A stretch of 64,000 nucleotides of DNA from Raillietiella orientalis (GCA_036172245.1 JAYWIR010000008.1:310001-374000), one strand, 5' to 3'; positions 1 through 15,700 are shown, counted from the stretch's first letter. Numbers and translations are program-made. The notes: generated from the letters alone by a model not told the origin.

Positions 1-1249
1 TGCGTCTCCAGGGGGATATTAGTGAAGACCCTTTGTACCCTAAAATATTTTTTCCTGCACCTTCTCAGTGTAGTACGTGTTATCTCCATGCTAACAAATC
101 CCTTGTGCATGAAACAAATCAGATATTTAATTATTTATTGCATTATTATAGTAATCTCAATATGACAGGTATAGAAACCCCAGATCTTGAAAAACGCACA
201 TCATCATGGATGCCAGATGTGATCCCTTTAGTTATTCCAACGTTAAGTACGTTTACATATTCTGTGAGTGAATTTCTATCTTTTGGCTACCCCTACATGA
301 TGGTCTTGCTGACTTTAATCATCTTATATTACATATGTGTAGTTAAAACAAGATGTAGAGTATTATATAAAGTGTTTTTAAGTTGATTTTAGATATGTGA
401 TTCTTAGAGATGTGATTAGCAAGTATAAGTCATGGGCTTTAATTTCAGACCTTCATTATATAGCAACTACACAAACTGAAAGAGAACAACCTCTTGTGTT
501 TGCGTGATACTGTTATGTTGGAATTGTGTATTTTATTTAATGTTTTACTGCTGTTGTCTGCAATATAAACACTTATTCTTTATAGTATGAAGTTTACTTT
601 TGAAGTGCAATTTAACAGAATCCCAAGAAACATACAAAGCACATGCAAATACATCAACAAAAAGTTGGTTACTTGATTATATTAATGAAAATAAAGCAAC
701 TTGTTAATAGCCCATGCTAGAATAATATAGTTTGCACAAGTGTACTTAAAATGTGTGCAATATTCGGATCAGATGAATATGTAAACTGGAATGCAAAACA
801 TGATTTGACAAATTGAAGAGCATACTTTAAACATCCCATTGTTACTGATGATTCTTTTAATACAATTTTTTTTTAAATTAGTCAGAAATTTTCGAATGCT
901 TATGAATACCATATAAAAGGTTCCTTTTGTGATGAAATAACAATATCAAGGTAAAAAAAAAAAAAGTGAAACAATATGCTACAATTGCTCACAAAACACA
1001 AGCACTAGCTATATGCAACTCTTAATGAATAATAACAAAGCAGTGGTTGACTCAAGGTACATTCCAGGGAGTGCTTCATTTCAGAATTATCAGCTTTGTT
1101 TCTAATATCCTTTTACAATTGCACTGTTATGAATTCTATTTTTCTATAGTGATTTTAGTGTAGTTTTTCATTTTGTTCAAGCTGATAATGCATCAACACT
1201 GTCACAATGGCAAAACATAACAAAAGCAAATGCAAACAGTCGAGTCCCA

Positions 1250-3500
1250 TAATTTTATGTCCTTTGGGGCTTATTTTTCTTTTTTTGAAAAGATAAATAG
1301 AATTCAAAATTACTAAGGACATCATATGGAAAGTTCAAATAATCAGTTGGTTCAAATGAATTCCAGAATTACAGAGTGAAAGAACAAACATGTTGAAATG
1401 AATTTCACCTGGAGGCAAAGATAGGATTTGTTTGTATTCTGCTGAAAGTGCTTAGTTAGAAAGATGGATAGCTAAAATAAGAGCAAATTTCTGAGTCAGT
1501 CGTTTCATCATTTACACATAAAGATGCCTATCTTTGAATGGTTCACATTGGAGAATTCTGGATAAATTTTGCTTGTCACATGTATCAAACAGGTGAGGAA
1601 GGAAGCTCTTGAACAATGCAATCAGCCTTAACATACGAAGGTAAAAATATCTTGAAGTATAATTTTAGAAATTTAAATGAGATTCGTTTTTAGATAACCT
1701 TAAATAGTTTCTACAATACGACAGTACACGTAGAAATGGGAAATAATGGGCTGCTTTCCTTTTGCTTTCGATTATGCATGTGAGCAAAAATTATTGTAAC
1801 TCTTATTTCCAGATTTGATGTAAATTCATGTTGTACTTTGCATTAATTTTTTTCTGGACAAATTCCATGGTGTTTTTTTAATCCACTGATGGGTTTTCAA
1901 TGAATTCCAAAAGGAGTCTCCTGCTTGACTGCTGAATTCTTTTCATGCATTTGTATTAACAATTAATTTACTTGATGTATAGCTTGCTGTGATTGTGCAG
2001 TTTTTATTGTTGGATATTAATGATGTTTTATAAGGTTGCTGGATGCAATCCTTGCAAAACAATTAACGCAACATGGTGCTAATTTTCATTCATGAAAATC
2101 CGCAATTGCAACAATCATATATTAAGTACTTTTGTAAATTCAATAAAATAGTCATAAAACAATAAAATATTTTTTTTACTATTTGATTAAGCTAATACTC
2201 TAAATGCCTGCAGTTTAGATGCAGTAAGCTTGCCAATTTTTGGTGCTTGGTAATGTTTAATTTTTCTCTATATAAAAAACTTTGGCCAGATTCTTGAACA
2301 GATCTCTTCAGATTCAGTTAGACTTTTGTTTTCAGTACAAATGTGCGTGAAATAATTGGGCAACCTGTATTTTTTTAAGGTGATCATTCTGGATGTAAAG
2401 TAAACTCTTTTATAGAGAAATTTACGATTCTCAAGCAGTACATTTTCACTTTTTTCCCAGTTATCACAAATAGCTTCCATTGCATAAAAAAGCACAATAC
2501 TGAATGTCCTCATTAACATGTAGGTAAAATCACTAGCTGATCATCAGCACATTCGTTTTTGAAAGAAAGGTTTCAAATTTTTTTTGCTATAGCAGACAAA
2601 GCATGTTTATCATATTATAATAAACATTGGTTTACTGAGTAACACTGGATTACTTTTGTTGGCAACATGCATTTTGTATTAGCCAAAAGACAACAAAAAA
2701 AATACCTGCATCCAATGAAGTCTTGGAAAAAGCTAAACTGGACTATTTCCAATGAAACTGCTAACAATACACATAATTTTTCCACTTGGAAAATTGTGAA
2801 AGAAAGATATCTGATTTGCAATATTACTGACTTTAGCAAACCATCATGACTAATCTAAATATGAAGAATCAAGTGCAAAGACTCACTAATTGTGCATCTT
2901 CTGCTTACCTAAAAATAATAAGTAGGAATACTCGCATCTAATGAATCGGAAAATAACAACAGACTGCATTTAACAAGTTCATTTGACTTTACAACTAAGT
3001 GTGCATGGCTCTTACAGCTATGAAAGGAAGAATGTGCATGACTCAAAACTGATTTCTCATAACAAAAGCCAAGTTTGGAAGTACTACTGGGAGATGATTC
3101 GAAGTTCAAGCTTGGAAAATTTTTTAATAGTACTGATATCAGACCAAAATCTCATAAGTTGCCTGGATCCACTGAAGAAATATTGATGCCCATTTCTGAG
3201 TGCAAATGCATCATGCTTATAAAGAATGCCTCATTATTTGAAAGTTAAAATTTTATAAAAAAATCAGTGCATTCTATATCCAACAGAACTTGTGCATCAT
3301 CCTAATATGACAACCAGAAGTTGAATACAACAATTTAAATAAATTCCTCAAAGGAGTTTTTAGAACAATGCTTCCTTGGAAGAAAAAAACAATCTTAGTT
3401 TTGATGATCTGATCAATATTTGTAAGATGCATTGCATCTTTAAAACTTTAGGAGGTGTTGTTAATGGATTTTTGGGTTCACTGATGTTAAAATCGTTATG
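1250..3500. pseudogene. Coding-like but stop-riddled sequence; identity and strand unresolved
   Basis: Protein-like stretches (minus 2268-2519 'EAICDNWEKSENVLLENRKFLYKRVY'; plus about 1351-1494 'DRICLYSAESA*LERWIAKIR') interrupted by stops and frameshifts. Confidence 0.2.
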
Positions 3501-4093
3501 AATCACTCATTTCATACACTACTAAAGCTAACAGAAAATTGAAAATCCACATTCATATTAATGTAATTTGAAATAAATCATATCATTACAGCTAGTCAGT
3601 TGATCCCACTAAACATTTAGACAAATCATATTCGGGATTATGAAACTTCATGTCAAATGAGATTGCCTATCAATTAATAACCAATCAGTTACTATACATT
3701 AGTGTCATACCATGAGATTAATGCTAATGCATAATGTAAGAGATTTAAAAACACTTCTCTAGTATTCTATACAAAACCCCAAATCTCATCACAATATCAC
3801 ATTTTTCTTAAGTTTATAAAATTTCAATTTGAAGTAATGTAGCTACCATGAAGATAAGTAATTATATGACTGAAAAGATACGCACAACTTGCCAGGAAAT
3901 GTTTATTTCAATATTCAATATTCCAAAGTGTATAAATGCTACATTTAAAACTGTTTGATATTAAGGGAAAAGAAAATTTAAAAAAAATAATTTTTATCAA
4001 TTAAGCATGATAAAATTATGCTAAAAACATTCCTTATTCATAAATTTCCCATAAAATTGCTTACAAAGAAAAACAGGACAGCACATTCAGATC

Positions 4094-7000
4094 TTAGGGA
4101 TTCTTCAATGAATTGTCCAGTAAACTCAAATGAATGAGTTCTCTACAAGCACCAGTCTCCTGTAGCCAGAGCTTTATGATTAAAAATTATAGAATTTGAA
4201 GTCAGTTTTTGAATTGGGAAATAATCTCTCCACTTACTTTAAATCTCAGTTTAACTATATTTTCAAGTAATTGCTTAGATTCTACATCTAAACAGTTTTT
4301 TATTTGATTTTCCCAAGATGCAAGATGCCGTTTCCGTCTTTCCAAAGCCTATAAAATAGAAAACTTATTACTTATAATGCCTTATATTATTACCTCTGCA
4401 TATTCCTGAGGTAATTCCGGAATGTTATCATCTTTACTTGAGAAATGAAAGGGAACAGAAGCCTCATGAAATTCGCTAGGAGGAATAACTCTCCAACAAG
4501 GTGACTGACAATGATCTGGAAAACATGTCTATAGCTTATAACTTTCACATATCATAATGATATCCTTCTTGAAAACAATCGTAATTACCAAGAACTATAG
4601 TTTGAAATAAATCAGTTTTGAGTTGTAGTTTCATTTCCATAATCTGTTGATGTAATTTTGGATATGAAGCATTAAAAGGAGCTAATGATATTTGAGTGCT
4701 TGCTCCAAAAATTACAGGAGGTATACTTGAGAGAATGTAAAACTGACAATTTTGACAGTCACTGAAAGATTCATCATTTATACAAGTTTGCAAACAAGAT
4801 TACCTTATTAGTAATCTGCAGCATATTAAGGTAATTCTCATACCAACACAATGCTTAACCAAGACTGTTCCAGCTACTGGACCAATAATTACTAATGAAT
4901 TATTGCATTTATTTAATTTGACAGAACGGAAACTTGTAAGTAGATACATGTATGAGCTGGAGCATTTGTGAAGCAACAAATGAGACAAAGGCAATGGTTC
5001 ACAGTTGGGAGCCAAAGTACACCTGATCACTGAGTTCAGGATTATCAGCCTTGAACTGAAGAACCCAAAAATAAAAAAACAAAATTAGGGAATGCAAACA
5101 GGCAAAAACAATGGAAAACACCAAATCACTGTTCAAAGTATTTTACAAATGATGCAAACATTCCAGATCCAGTAGCACTACAATTCAGAGTGAATACTAT
5201 CAATGAAGAAAAGAACTCAAATGGTTTGTGACTACTTTGTTGTTGTCAAATAAAAAAATTGACTTTAATATTTGAATTACGAGGAAATCAAAGACTTAAG
5301 GCTTTATATGGTTTGGAAGCATCAGTTAGTTATACACACTACGCACGTTTCTGAACTATATAAATTTGTCTTTTATTTATCACATATAAATTAAATTGAA
5401 GAGATGCAGTACATAATGACTGGAGCACAAACCCAGAAATCGAACTATACAATGGATAATTTTATCAAATTAGTATGCACTAATCAAAAGTTAAAATAAT
5501 TGATAACAAGGCAGCAGTATCTAAGAGATTTTAATAATGTCTCAAAATTTTGAAGCTTCAAACAAAACAGAACCTAAGATTAATGATACAACCAGATTTG
5601 TTTTTCAAACCTAATACTCAATTTTTTATTTTGATGTGTTTTAAATATGATCGCCAAAAGAAATATTCTGAAAACTTTCCAAGTAAACTTTAACAGATGA
5701 AAACATCTCAACCACAGTCTACAATTGAGCGGTTGAAATTACTGAATTAAATTCTAAAAGAAAATTTCATTCCTTATTCTTGAAATGCATGCTTAAGAAT
5801 TTGCGTATCGGTTTCCTTTAGCTTTGCGTAAATGTCATAAATAAACAAAATGAAGTCAGCTGCATGAATTTAATCAAATTATGTTTTTTATGCTATTTGA
5901 TTTACATAGCCAAAACTTTGTTTTATTCAAATTAAAAAACACAACTTCTAAAACTCCATTTTCAAAAAACAAACAATTATTTCCACATTTTTGCATCTGC
6001 CTATCAAGACATGCACAACATAAAAGCAAATAACTAGAAACAAGTGCCTATCACATGGACCAAACCAAAAAAGATTCCAATACAACCAAACACACCAAAC
6101 TGCAATTCAAATTAAAAGAAAAATTACCACTTACGTATCCGGAGAATAGCTCACATTTGATAATCCACAAACTTTGTTTGATGAGGACCTACTAATTACT
6201 TTCCAGTTCAATGTTAAGCCTTTTTTCAAACAGTCTTTCACACCAAATGGATTAAATGACAAATTAGTATGCAACCAGGACAACAGAAGTTTTGCATCAA
6301 ATGACTTTTCCGATGGATTATAACCAGTTTGAGATTTTTCATAATCTGCTATTGCTGCTAAATGTAATGGGATCTGGTGCCTAAAGTTGGCATGAAAACC
6401 ACAAATTGCATGTATTCATGTTACTTTTTTGATGTGTCATAAGCAGCAATTATTATTTCTAATCCTTTTAACCAATCTAAAGGAATTAAACCAACAGGAG
6501 AAAATGGTTTTTTGCAACCAGTAAACAGATCAAAGAAGTTCTGGAGAGACTTTAACACATAATACAGATGCTTTTCTTCTTCCAACTTTTTTACTGAATT
6601 ATCAGGTACTTGCCATTCAGTAACAGGCCATCTGAATTATGTAATGAAAATCTGACTACCAAAAGTGACTTACTCTTTAGAGCCAGCACCCAAAGTCAAT
6701 TTGTATCTAGAAGGAACAAATTGCTGTACATAGAGAAATATTACAAACTGATACACATTTGCTTTCAGATGCAATATGTGTTCATTGCTTGACAACCTGT
6801 TTAACTTGCATTGGATATGTGCATTAGAAATAATGTGAAAGCTGAAGAAAATATATTCCGCAATTGTGTATGGAACATTCAACTTCTGGCATGCTATGCC
6901 CAACCACTGATCAAAGGAAATAAAACCATATTCCTCATTCTTCAGAAGTAATGATTTGTTTTTCTTTAAAATATATGGTACTATCTTTTTTAAATTCTAA

Positions 7001-7171
7001 AATGAAAAAAGAGATAACTATAGACTTCATTCAGATTATAACAAAATTGAAATCAATTTGGATGGAATATGCAACTGGTACCTTGAAAGCTAAGTTTTCT
7101 TGCAAATTAGTGTAACAAATATTTATTCCAAATTCAACTGAGTCCGGTAGCACCCATAATCGGACGACCAT
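4094..7171 (-). CDS. TBCCD1: TBCC domain-containing protein 1 (C-CAP/cofactor C-like); exons complement(7082-7171, 6674-6996, 6425-6631, 6135-6380, 4804-5055, 4589-4761, 4394-4515, 4238-4348, 4094-4171), 533 aa
   Basis: Hand-spliced with GT-AG introns only; total 1602 nt, in frame, ATG at 7171, TAA at 4094-4096. Motifs match recalled TBCCD1: 'RLWV', 'WLGIACQKL', 'QFVIFLYVQQ', 'EWP', 'WLHTNLSFNPFG', 'KCSSSYMYLLTSFRSVKLNKCNNSLVIIGPV', 'LAPFNASYPKL', 'IPPSEF', 'WLQETG'. Confidence 0.9.
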
Positions 7172-10100
7172 TGTAGAAATACTCCACAAATTTTAAATTT
7201 GAATAGTTGCTACAGTGTAGTTACCAGTATCGTTTTACTTGCATTATTATACTGTAACCTACTGAGATTACTAAACTAAAAGCGACGAAAAAACCTACAA
7301 GTACACTGTTTTCGTAATTCCTGACTAAAGATGTATTTTAGAAAAAACTGTCTAAACATAGTTTAGTAAGATACATTAGGATTTATGGTATTGTCAACTG
7401 TACATGTGTATTTCTCCGTTTTGCATTTCTCGTTCAGATTCAACGGAGATCTTTGTATTTAATTGGAATGAAATCCCTATTTTATACAGGTCTTAAGTGT
7501 ATCTTTTTACTTGAATCTATTCAAACAGGATAAACTTATTCACATAAACAAATTTAAGCAAATTCCTCTTCTCAAGCTTTAAGTGTTTGTGCCGATCATT
7601 AGATTAAGCTTTCTTGTAATTATCAACAATCATTTTTTGAAAATGATTTCTATTCATTAGGTGCATGTGACGTATTTCAAATTCATCCACTGGATTCTAA
7701 GCAATCTTTACAGACTGTCTAGATTATGATGTACAATCATATTGGACATAATCCTCATCAAAGTTGTCAAAAGCATACAAGCACTAGATCGAATACGTAC
7801 TCGATCTTCGTATAAGCACTTCTGTTTTTGACTGGATTATCCTGGAAAAAGAATCTAAAATTCCTTTCTCGAAAAAAGAATTCCAGGTTCATTTCTTGAA
7901 GAGTTGATCTAGTCAGCTTATTTGGAATTCGGAGTCACAAATTAAGGAAAGAAAAACAACTGAATATTATTTTTTTTTTTTTTAATAAATCAACATTTCT
8001 AAATTTAGCATGCAACTGAATAAAAATGATGTTTTTTATGCACTCATGCACGTCATTGAAATTCAATCTTCGAAGCAACATGCTTTATTCGATACAAAAA
8101 CCCAATCGGAAAACTATTGAAGTGTTGGGCTCTACAGAAAAATTCTAACTATATGACAGTCTATAGTCACATATCTCTTAGAATTGTGAGGAAAAGAATC
8201 TTATTTACAGTTTCCCTACGCTATTTCAGTTTTTCATTCCATCATCACCTTTCTTTCAGATAAGTGCTGCGAAAATGGCTCTTCAGAGAAATACAATGTA
8301 AATAGTTAGCAAAATACTGTTTTTTTTTTTTCTGAAAATCAACTGAAAATCAGTTGATTAGCCGTTTATTCAATAATGAGTACCCATTTTAAGCATGTTT
8401 GTAAAGTTCGATTTGAAAAACCAAACTATCTATAAAAATTTATCCAAAACTGAATCGCAAACTTTTTCCTCACTCAAAAATCAGAGCATTTTTCCATTAT
8501 CAAGCTGTAGACCGTCGTTACCCTTTTTCATTCGGCATTTAGTTACAGTTAGTGTAGAAACTGCATTATGCAACTGAATTGAGATGTACAATTTAATGAC
8601 TTAAATGTTGGGCGATTCTAATCGGAGTTTTAAAAATGTTCAATATACTGACAATTACTAATGAATTTCTATTAGTTCTTGTGTATCATACAGATAACTT
8701 CTGATTTCTGAAGTGAAAGTAATGCTTCTTTAATTAAATGATTTCAGTTTCTGATCTACCGAATGAGCCATTGAAATGACGATTTCATTTTAATATTTTA
8801 GCATGTATGTTATGGAAGACATTCTACAACTATGAAGTGGAATTCAGCTGCACCAGAATTTTGAAGAAAATTAGTGATGATCTCAACAATCAGTTATTAC
8901 AATTGGACGGAAGTGTAAACACTTTCACAAGCAGAAAATCATTTATCCAGTAACATCCTGATCTCTACGTGCAGTGTGAGAAACGGCGATCCACTCTAAT
9001 AACAGACGCAAATAAACTTCTAGGATTTCAAATATGAAATTCAAATGCATAAAAAGAAGCATAAAACTCTATGGTGTCTGTTTACCTTTTTCGTGACAAC
9101 GTTTTTAAAAGAGCAAAGGAAACGGAAACTGTGACCAGACAAGTCCAGTTACCAATCATATCTGTTTCTACAATGAGAATCTTTAAAAAATTCTTTACTG
9201 CTAAATATGCAGCAAATTCCAATTTCGGTGAAGCACTTTTGAAGAAATGCTTTTAATCCTCAAGAGAAGGTAGTCTAAAAATTTATTCCGTCTCTTCACT
9301 CCTAGCGATGTTGAGTCTAATTGCAATTAGATGGAACAAAATTACAATGTTGGAATTTTTAAGCATTCGGTGATGTACACAGAATTCGTAGAGCTTTCAC
9401 AGTGGCGAATATATGCATCTTTCGTGTATTATGAAAGTATGCCATAAATGCCTTCCCCATGATTTTGTCAAGGCATATGCTCTGAGAATTTACAAATTAA
9501 CAACAAGAATGCATTTCCAATTACTCTTGTTTTGATGATATACAATTAGGTCATATATATTAATATATACTAGTTGAAAGAAAAAAGTCTTAAAGTTATG
9601 CTAAAAGTCTTCCTCCCTCCAAAAGCAAAAACAGAAATCATTAAGCATTTTATTTTTCTGATTTCTAAATTGCTCTAAGCAGTTTCAATGAAACGAACGT
9701 TTTCTCTGTCCAATTTGCAGCTAACCGTCGTGTTGTAAATTCCACTATTGAAATGTATGCACTTGGTTTCAAGCTGCCTTCTCGTGTTTGCTTCCATAAG
9801 ATGTTTTAAGAACCAACCCTCAGATATCAAGAAAGTCTAAACATCCTTTCAATAACGAATCTATATTTATAGCCCGTTTCCCCACTGTGGTACTTAAAAC
9901 CTCAGAATTTCAAGTGGCCAATGTATTTTTTATTTATTGTTCCTCCTAGTGTTGCTGCGCGGTCATTTTCTTAGGAAAAGCATGCCCTCTCCAGGACTGC
10001 TGTGCAGCGAGGAGAAAGGATTAAAAGATACTTAACCCTCTGTGACCTAAAATACTCTAGGAGAATTACTATTATTACAACCTAAGCTTTGAAAATTGGC

Positions 10101-12713
10101 TTTGAGGTGCGCAATGCAACCTAAAATCACTGAATTTATGCGGATTTTTTAGCATGTAATTATTACTGGTGCATCTCACCGGTGTAATACGAAACCTTTG
10201 ATATTGCACAGATGTGAACTAAAAAATTTTTCGTTGCATTTAGGTAGACACACATCAAAATTAACAGGAACAAGATGACTTCCGAGAGTCTATTCTTGTA
10301 GACATCCACTGTGGAAATCGCTTTATGCATATTATGTCTTCATTCTTCTGTATGACCACCAGACTCTTTGGAATGGTACTGCAAGCAAATCACCTACCGT
10401 TGCCATGAGATAAAGCTTCATTCCTATTAATACTCTTAAGAAGGTAGCTGATACTTATTCTCCAAAATATATGAAATAATTTTTCTAAGCAAACAGAAAA
10501 ATTGAAACTTCTAACCACAAAGTGAAATAGAAAAACCCGTCAAACATATAAAACTGAAGCAGCAGATAGTTATAAGCACAGTCACGCATAGTTATAAGTA
10601 CTCCATTTTCCATGTTTCTGATCGTTTAGAATTTCTGCAAATTTCTTAATATTCACGATATTATTGCCTAGCAAGTCCACGCGCACTTATTTTCAAGATT
10701 TTCATTTGAAGTTTATTGCTTTAAAAAAACTCTGCATTTCATACGTAAATATATCTATAGAGTTTTCAAAGTTTAAAGTACAGTGTGGTTGTTCAAACTC
10801 GGAATCAAACTTTCGCGTTTCCATTCATCATTTAAAGGAATTTTATTTTGACAACAGACGCTGATTCTATAATGATTAATAGGAAGATTAATTGGAAACG
10901 TTGCTCGAAGGAAGCCAGGAATCTCAGTTGCACAGAGCCAATCTCTGTAACAATTGATATTTCCTATATCTATTACTAAATATACTTCTTATACTAACAT
11001 GACCAAATTCAAACATATCTCCTTACAAATAGCAATGATTTTATTTAATCTATCCCGTAATGAATTGATTTCCCAGTTTTAATACGTACCTGAAAACAAA
11101 GGGAACATGGAACACGTTTAGAGTAAAGAGTGGATTCTCACACAAAATGGTTCTTATTGACATTAAAAGAAATTTATGTAAATCCAAAGAATGAAATTTC
11201 ATTCTTTGGATTGAAATTATAATCGTGAAAAGCTTTTGTAGACTACAATTAGCATGCGCTAGAATTTGTTGTTTTTTAAAAGTAACTTTCGAAAGTAGTG
11301 ATTAATTTTTGCAAATGTTGCTTTAGGAAGTGAAAGTGAGCATGTGTATGATTTATGCATGCATCTGCAATTTCTAACATATACATCAAAAGTACTCTTA
11401 AAATAATTTTAGACTATTTGAGAGCAACTGGTTATCATTTATGTTCATTCTCGTTTTTTTTGGGCCTGAGACATTTCAGGGATTATCGACACAGCATTCT
11501 TACACGGAGATGCTGGAGAGAACGTATCTTTCATCATTTCATTTGAAAAAGTAGAATTACTTCTTGTAGATAAAAATTTTGGATAGGAACTTAGAAATCA
11601 TGATTTTCTTTGTTTCAAATGAAGTTTAGTTGCAATTATTACCATGGGTAATTTAAAGAAACAATGCTCTTGGACGATAAATGTTGTAATACCTTTTAAA
11701 ATATCCTTCTAGAAAGAAATAATATTTTTCCATCAGTGAATTATCAAAAGGGAATTGTAAAAAGTTCATGTGGATCTACAGCTTAAAAGATTTATTGGAC
11801 ATTTCGTTCGTATAGCAATTATTATGGTTCTAAAAATCTCTTTATCTTATCATCAAAAATTCTTTTCACTATTATAAATATTGAAGATAAACAATTCTTA
11901 GGTATGAAATCCTGATTAAATGCTGTGGTTTTTCTTAGCTTGTTATTTGATTTCTCTGCTTTGCTTTCATATCTGATATCAGTAGGAGAAGGCAAAATTG
12001 AGTTTAGTAAAATTGAGGAAATCAAGCTCTATTAAAATTCAAATAGATTTAGTGAAATATACTTCATACATTTTTGATTTTCTGCTATAAAAGTTTTCGA
12101 ATGAGTTTGGTTTTAATGATGGAAAAAGAAATATTTTCTCTAAATTTTGGATCGTTAAATTCTTGTATGCGGAGGTCTTATAAACTATGCATGTTTATTT
12201 CTAGCGCGTAAATCTGTATGCTTGTTGTCTGCAGTGTGAATTTTGAATTGAGAAATGATGAAAAGCATTTGTTATTTATTTCGTGTTAATTATCATAAGT
12301 AAGAAAAAGTCAATGCTGTTAAACTTGCAATTCTTATAAGTATTGACTAGCAACTGAGTAGAAATAATCATTTATTGCTAGGAGTTACTCGATTTTTGCA
12401 TGCCATGGTATCATCGTCTTTTATAAATTAGTTGCAAAGTCACACAGGCTGTAACTGTATTGCAATTAGTAACTAATTTTATGTACCATAAAAGTGAATT
12501 GAAAATTGAGAGCTATATTGAAGATGTAATTAAATGAAATATGAAAATTGTATTGTATACCAGTGTTATGTACAATATAATTAAGGTTGCATATACAGCA
12601 TATGCATGTTATACTGTAATGACGGTGCAAAAGTGTATGTGTACTATAGTTTATAATTAATTAATGTATAAAGAGTAGTACTAAAACAAGATAATATTTT
12701 TCTTTATGTTTAG

Positions 12714-15700
12714 GCTCTAGATAAACTAAAAGATTGGGAAGGCATTATTTCAGATATTCCCAACAGTCACACTGGCATTATTAAGTTTGAGTTGAAAGGG
12801 AGAAAAGTTGAAGCTTTTTTTTTTGTTGCAAGTTTCTATTGTAGTGGTGAGAAATTAACACCCAGAGACATTTTATCAAAGTAATTATATATTTTAATAT
12901 TTGTATTAAGTTGAGTATAATTACATATTACGAAAGTTCTAGTATTTGGAATAGTATTTGGTTAAAAGTCTTGGTGTTGCAATGAATGTTTATTACCTTT
13001 TATTTGAATCATTCACATATTACTAATAAAAGAATAATGTATGTGTGCATTTGCCTGAGGATGTTTCAATGCTCGAATGCTTGAGGAATCTTCAAATGTT
13101 CACCAATGTAATGATTGAGATTAAATATAACAATGAAATGTTTAAATTATGAAGAATTTGTTTATTTTAGTTTGCTTTTGAATAACATGGTTTATTGGAA
13201 TGCCTAGTTCAGTTGAAAGTTATGAAACTTAAACTTATTTTGTTGTAGTCTCCTGATTAGATTATGCCAGTTTCTGTTATCCCTGTGTTGAATTAATTTT
13301 TTATGAATTTGTGCTTATTAAAGAATTCAGGTTGCAAATTTTATTGCAAGGTTTTCTTCCAATTTGCATATATTACTATGACATTCTCTTCATTCCATGC
13401 AATAAAAAACACCAATTTAGGAAAACTTTCATTACATATGTATCTCAGTAAATATACATGTACTCATACATGCACACACATATATGTGTATATGTGCATA
13501 CGTATGTACGCATCCTATATTTGAACATTTATGAACATTGCAATTACATGCAATGTACTTTATGCATAAATGTATAAAGTCATGAAGCCTTGACTGAAAT
13601 TTGATTTACCTAAAGATGCAGCTAAAGTTGCATCTGGGATTGCATGGTTTTATGTGCATTTTAAAGATTCTGTGTATTTTTTGCATGCTCTACTGGTGTG
13701 CAAGAGCTTTATTACAGTATTTATAAGGCAGCTTGATACAATGTCATAAACAGTGTTTTGCAAAGTTTCTAAAGCTGCTTTAAACTTTTTTTTTTTTTTT
13801 TTTCTTTGTTAAATTCTGTAATTTATTTGATGGATAGAGGTGACATGACAAAGTCTTTACTTAGTGAATTTTATTGAAATTAACTTTCATATTTGCCTTT
13901 TTGTTCTTATTTTTCTTAGGAAATGTGTAGTTTTTGTTAGCACTTGAGTTGTGTTTTGTTTTTAAGTTACTCTAATCATTTCAATTTTTTTTCATATTCA
14001 TCATCACTCTGGTTTATTTGCTTTATTTAATACTTCACAAGTGTGATCCTAAACTGTGTTCAAGTAATCGTTTTTTCTTTTACTGAAACTTGAAAGTGCT
14101 AGTTTGGTTAATTACAATTTTCAAGTTCAATCCATGGCACATTTGCTTCCACTTTGAGATATTACACTGGAAAATGTATAAAATGAACTTTACTTTTCAA
14201 ATTTTATCTCTTATGCAACATTTTTTTTTTGTGTGTGATTATTACTGTTTATTGTTTCATAAATTTATATTTTATGGATTTCTCATGCTTTGCATTGTTT
14301 CATTTGCTTTTGCAATTTTGTGTGCATCAGATATGCGTATTTGATTCTCAGTGAGCATGTTGTAAGTGCTTGTTCTTATGATCAAAATTTTCAACCCAAT
14401 TCATAAATGTACTTGTATATCATAGTGCTGTTGCTAAATTTTCATATGAAGTTCAAAAATGCAATGATATTTTAAATTTATGTATTAATCTTTGGAATTT
14501 TCATGAATCCACGAACAATAGCAGACCGTAAATAGCAAAATGATTGCTCATTCCATATGTTTTCTTTCTTAAATATAGTGCATATGAAAGCATCATAAAG
14601 GTATTTTGCAATTTTAAAAAAAGCTGGCCAAATTAAAAGTCAGATATGAAATGATATAGTCTATTGTAGCATTTTAAGGTATAAATTTAATTTTTTTTGT
14701 TATAGGCATGTTAAAACTGGAGATTCTGTTTGCTTTGATGCAGCCCCAAATTTAAGAGAAAATTCATTTAATATTAAGTGGAAGGCTGTGGCTGTGTGGA
14801 AAGGGAAGAGGCCTAAGTGTATTCCTCCAGAAACAGTAATTCAGAATGTCAGTGGAATAATCTTAGATGTATGTGAACAGGATGGACTGATTGTGTTTAC
14901 ACTCTATGGAAACAAAGAAAAATGTTTATTCACCAATCACACTGTGGATATAGATGAAGGGCACTTATCTTTGAAGAATTTTTTATCTCCTAATGAATTA
15001 GTTCAGTTCACTGCACATTATAAATTAGGAAAAAGAGGCAGTATCTCCTGTAAATGGGAAGCAGATAAAGTTTGGAAAGGACATTTATGTAATGCAGATG
15101 GAGATGTTCACCATAGCAATGAGGAAGGAGACTGGCACTGTGTGGAAGGCAAAAAGTCTTATTCTCAAAGGAAAAAGAGCCAAGAAGTTAAATCAGGAAG
15201 TGTTGTTAGACATAGGAAACCTACAGGACAACACACAAAAAAGCATTGTGGCATAGTAATAGCCATCAATGCAAGGAGGGCTGTTTTATCATTTTCAAAT
15301 GAAGGCAACAAAGAAAGGGCATTACTTCTTGCAGATCGATTCTCTCCTTGCACCAGTAATTTATTGAATGTGCTAAGTCCTGGTGATCAGGTACAATTCG
15401 AAGGCCATTTATATGATAAGCCAGATAAATCAGATAAATGCAAATGGTTTGTGTTAGAAGGTCATAAATTGAATGCCCAACAGAGAAATAGTACAGTTGA
15501 TGAACTCATGAATAAGATTGGAATAATCAGTCAAATTAGCCCCTCTTCAGGAGTGATTTTGTATGCTGTCAAAGATCAAGTGTTTGAGAGGATTGAATTT
15601 AGTAGTTCATCCCTGGTATCCAGTCAGTCTTCTTACTTGCCACAAGAAATCAATTTAGAAGAGCATTTGACAGTGGGTGAAGATGTGTACTTTGATGCCT

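Noticed and set aside
33..386. 117-aa ORF with a hydrophobic C-terminus
   Set aside because: TTG start, AT-rich, no homology recognised.
6997..7130. Apparent non-canonical introns at the TBCCD1 5' end (the frame 'YQLHIPSKL' resembles vertebrate 'LQVPPPSKF')
   Set aside because: A single canonical phase-0 intron (AAG|gtacca 7081 ... ttttag|AAT 6997) gives an in-frame model, so the resemblance is likely chance.
10032..10050. ttaaccct resembling a piggyBac left end
   Set aside because: No matching agggttaa right end or transposase seen nearby.
11822..12025. 67-aa minus-strand ORF upstream of the OB-repeat gene
   Set aside because: Short, no motif, could not be linked to other exons.
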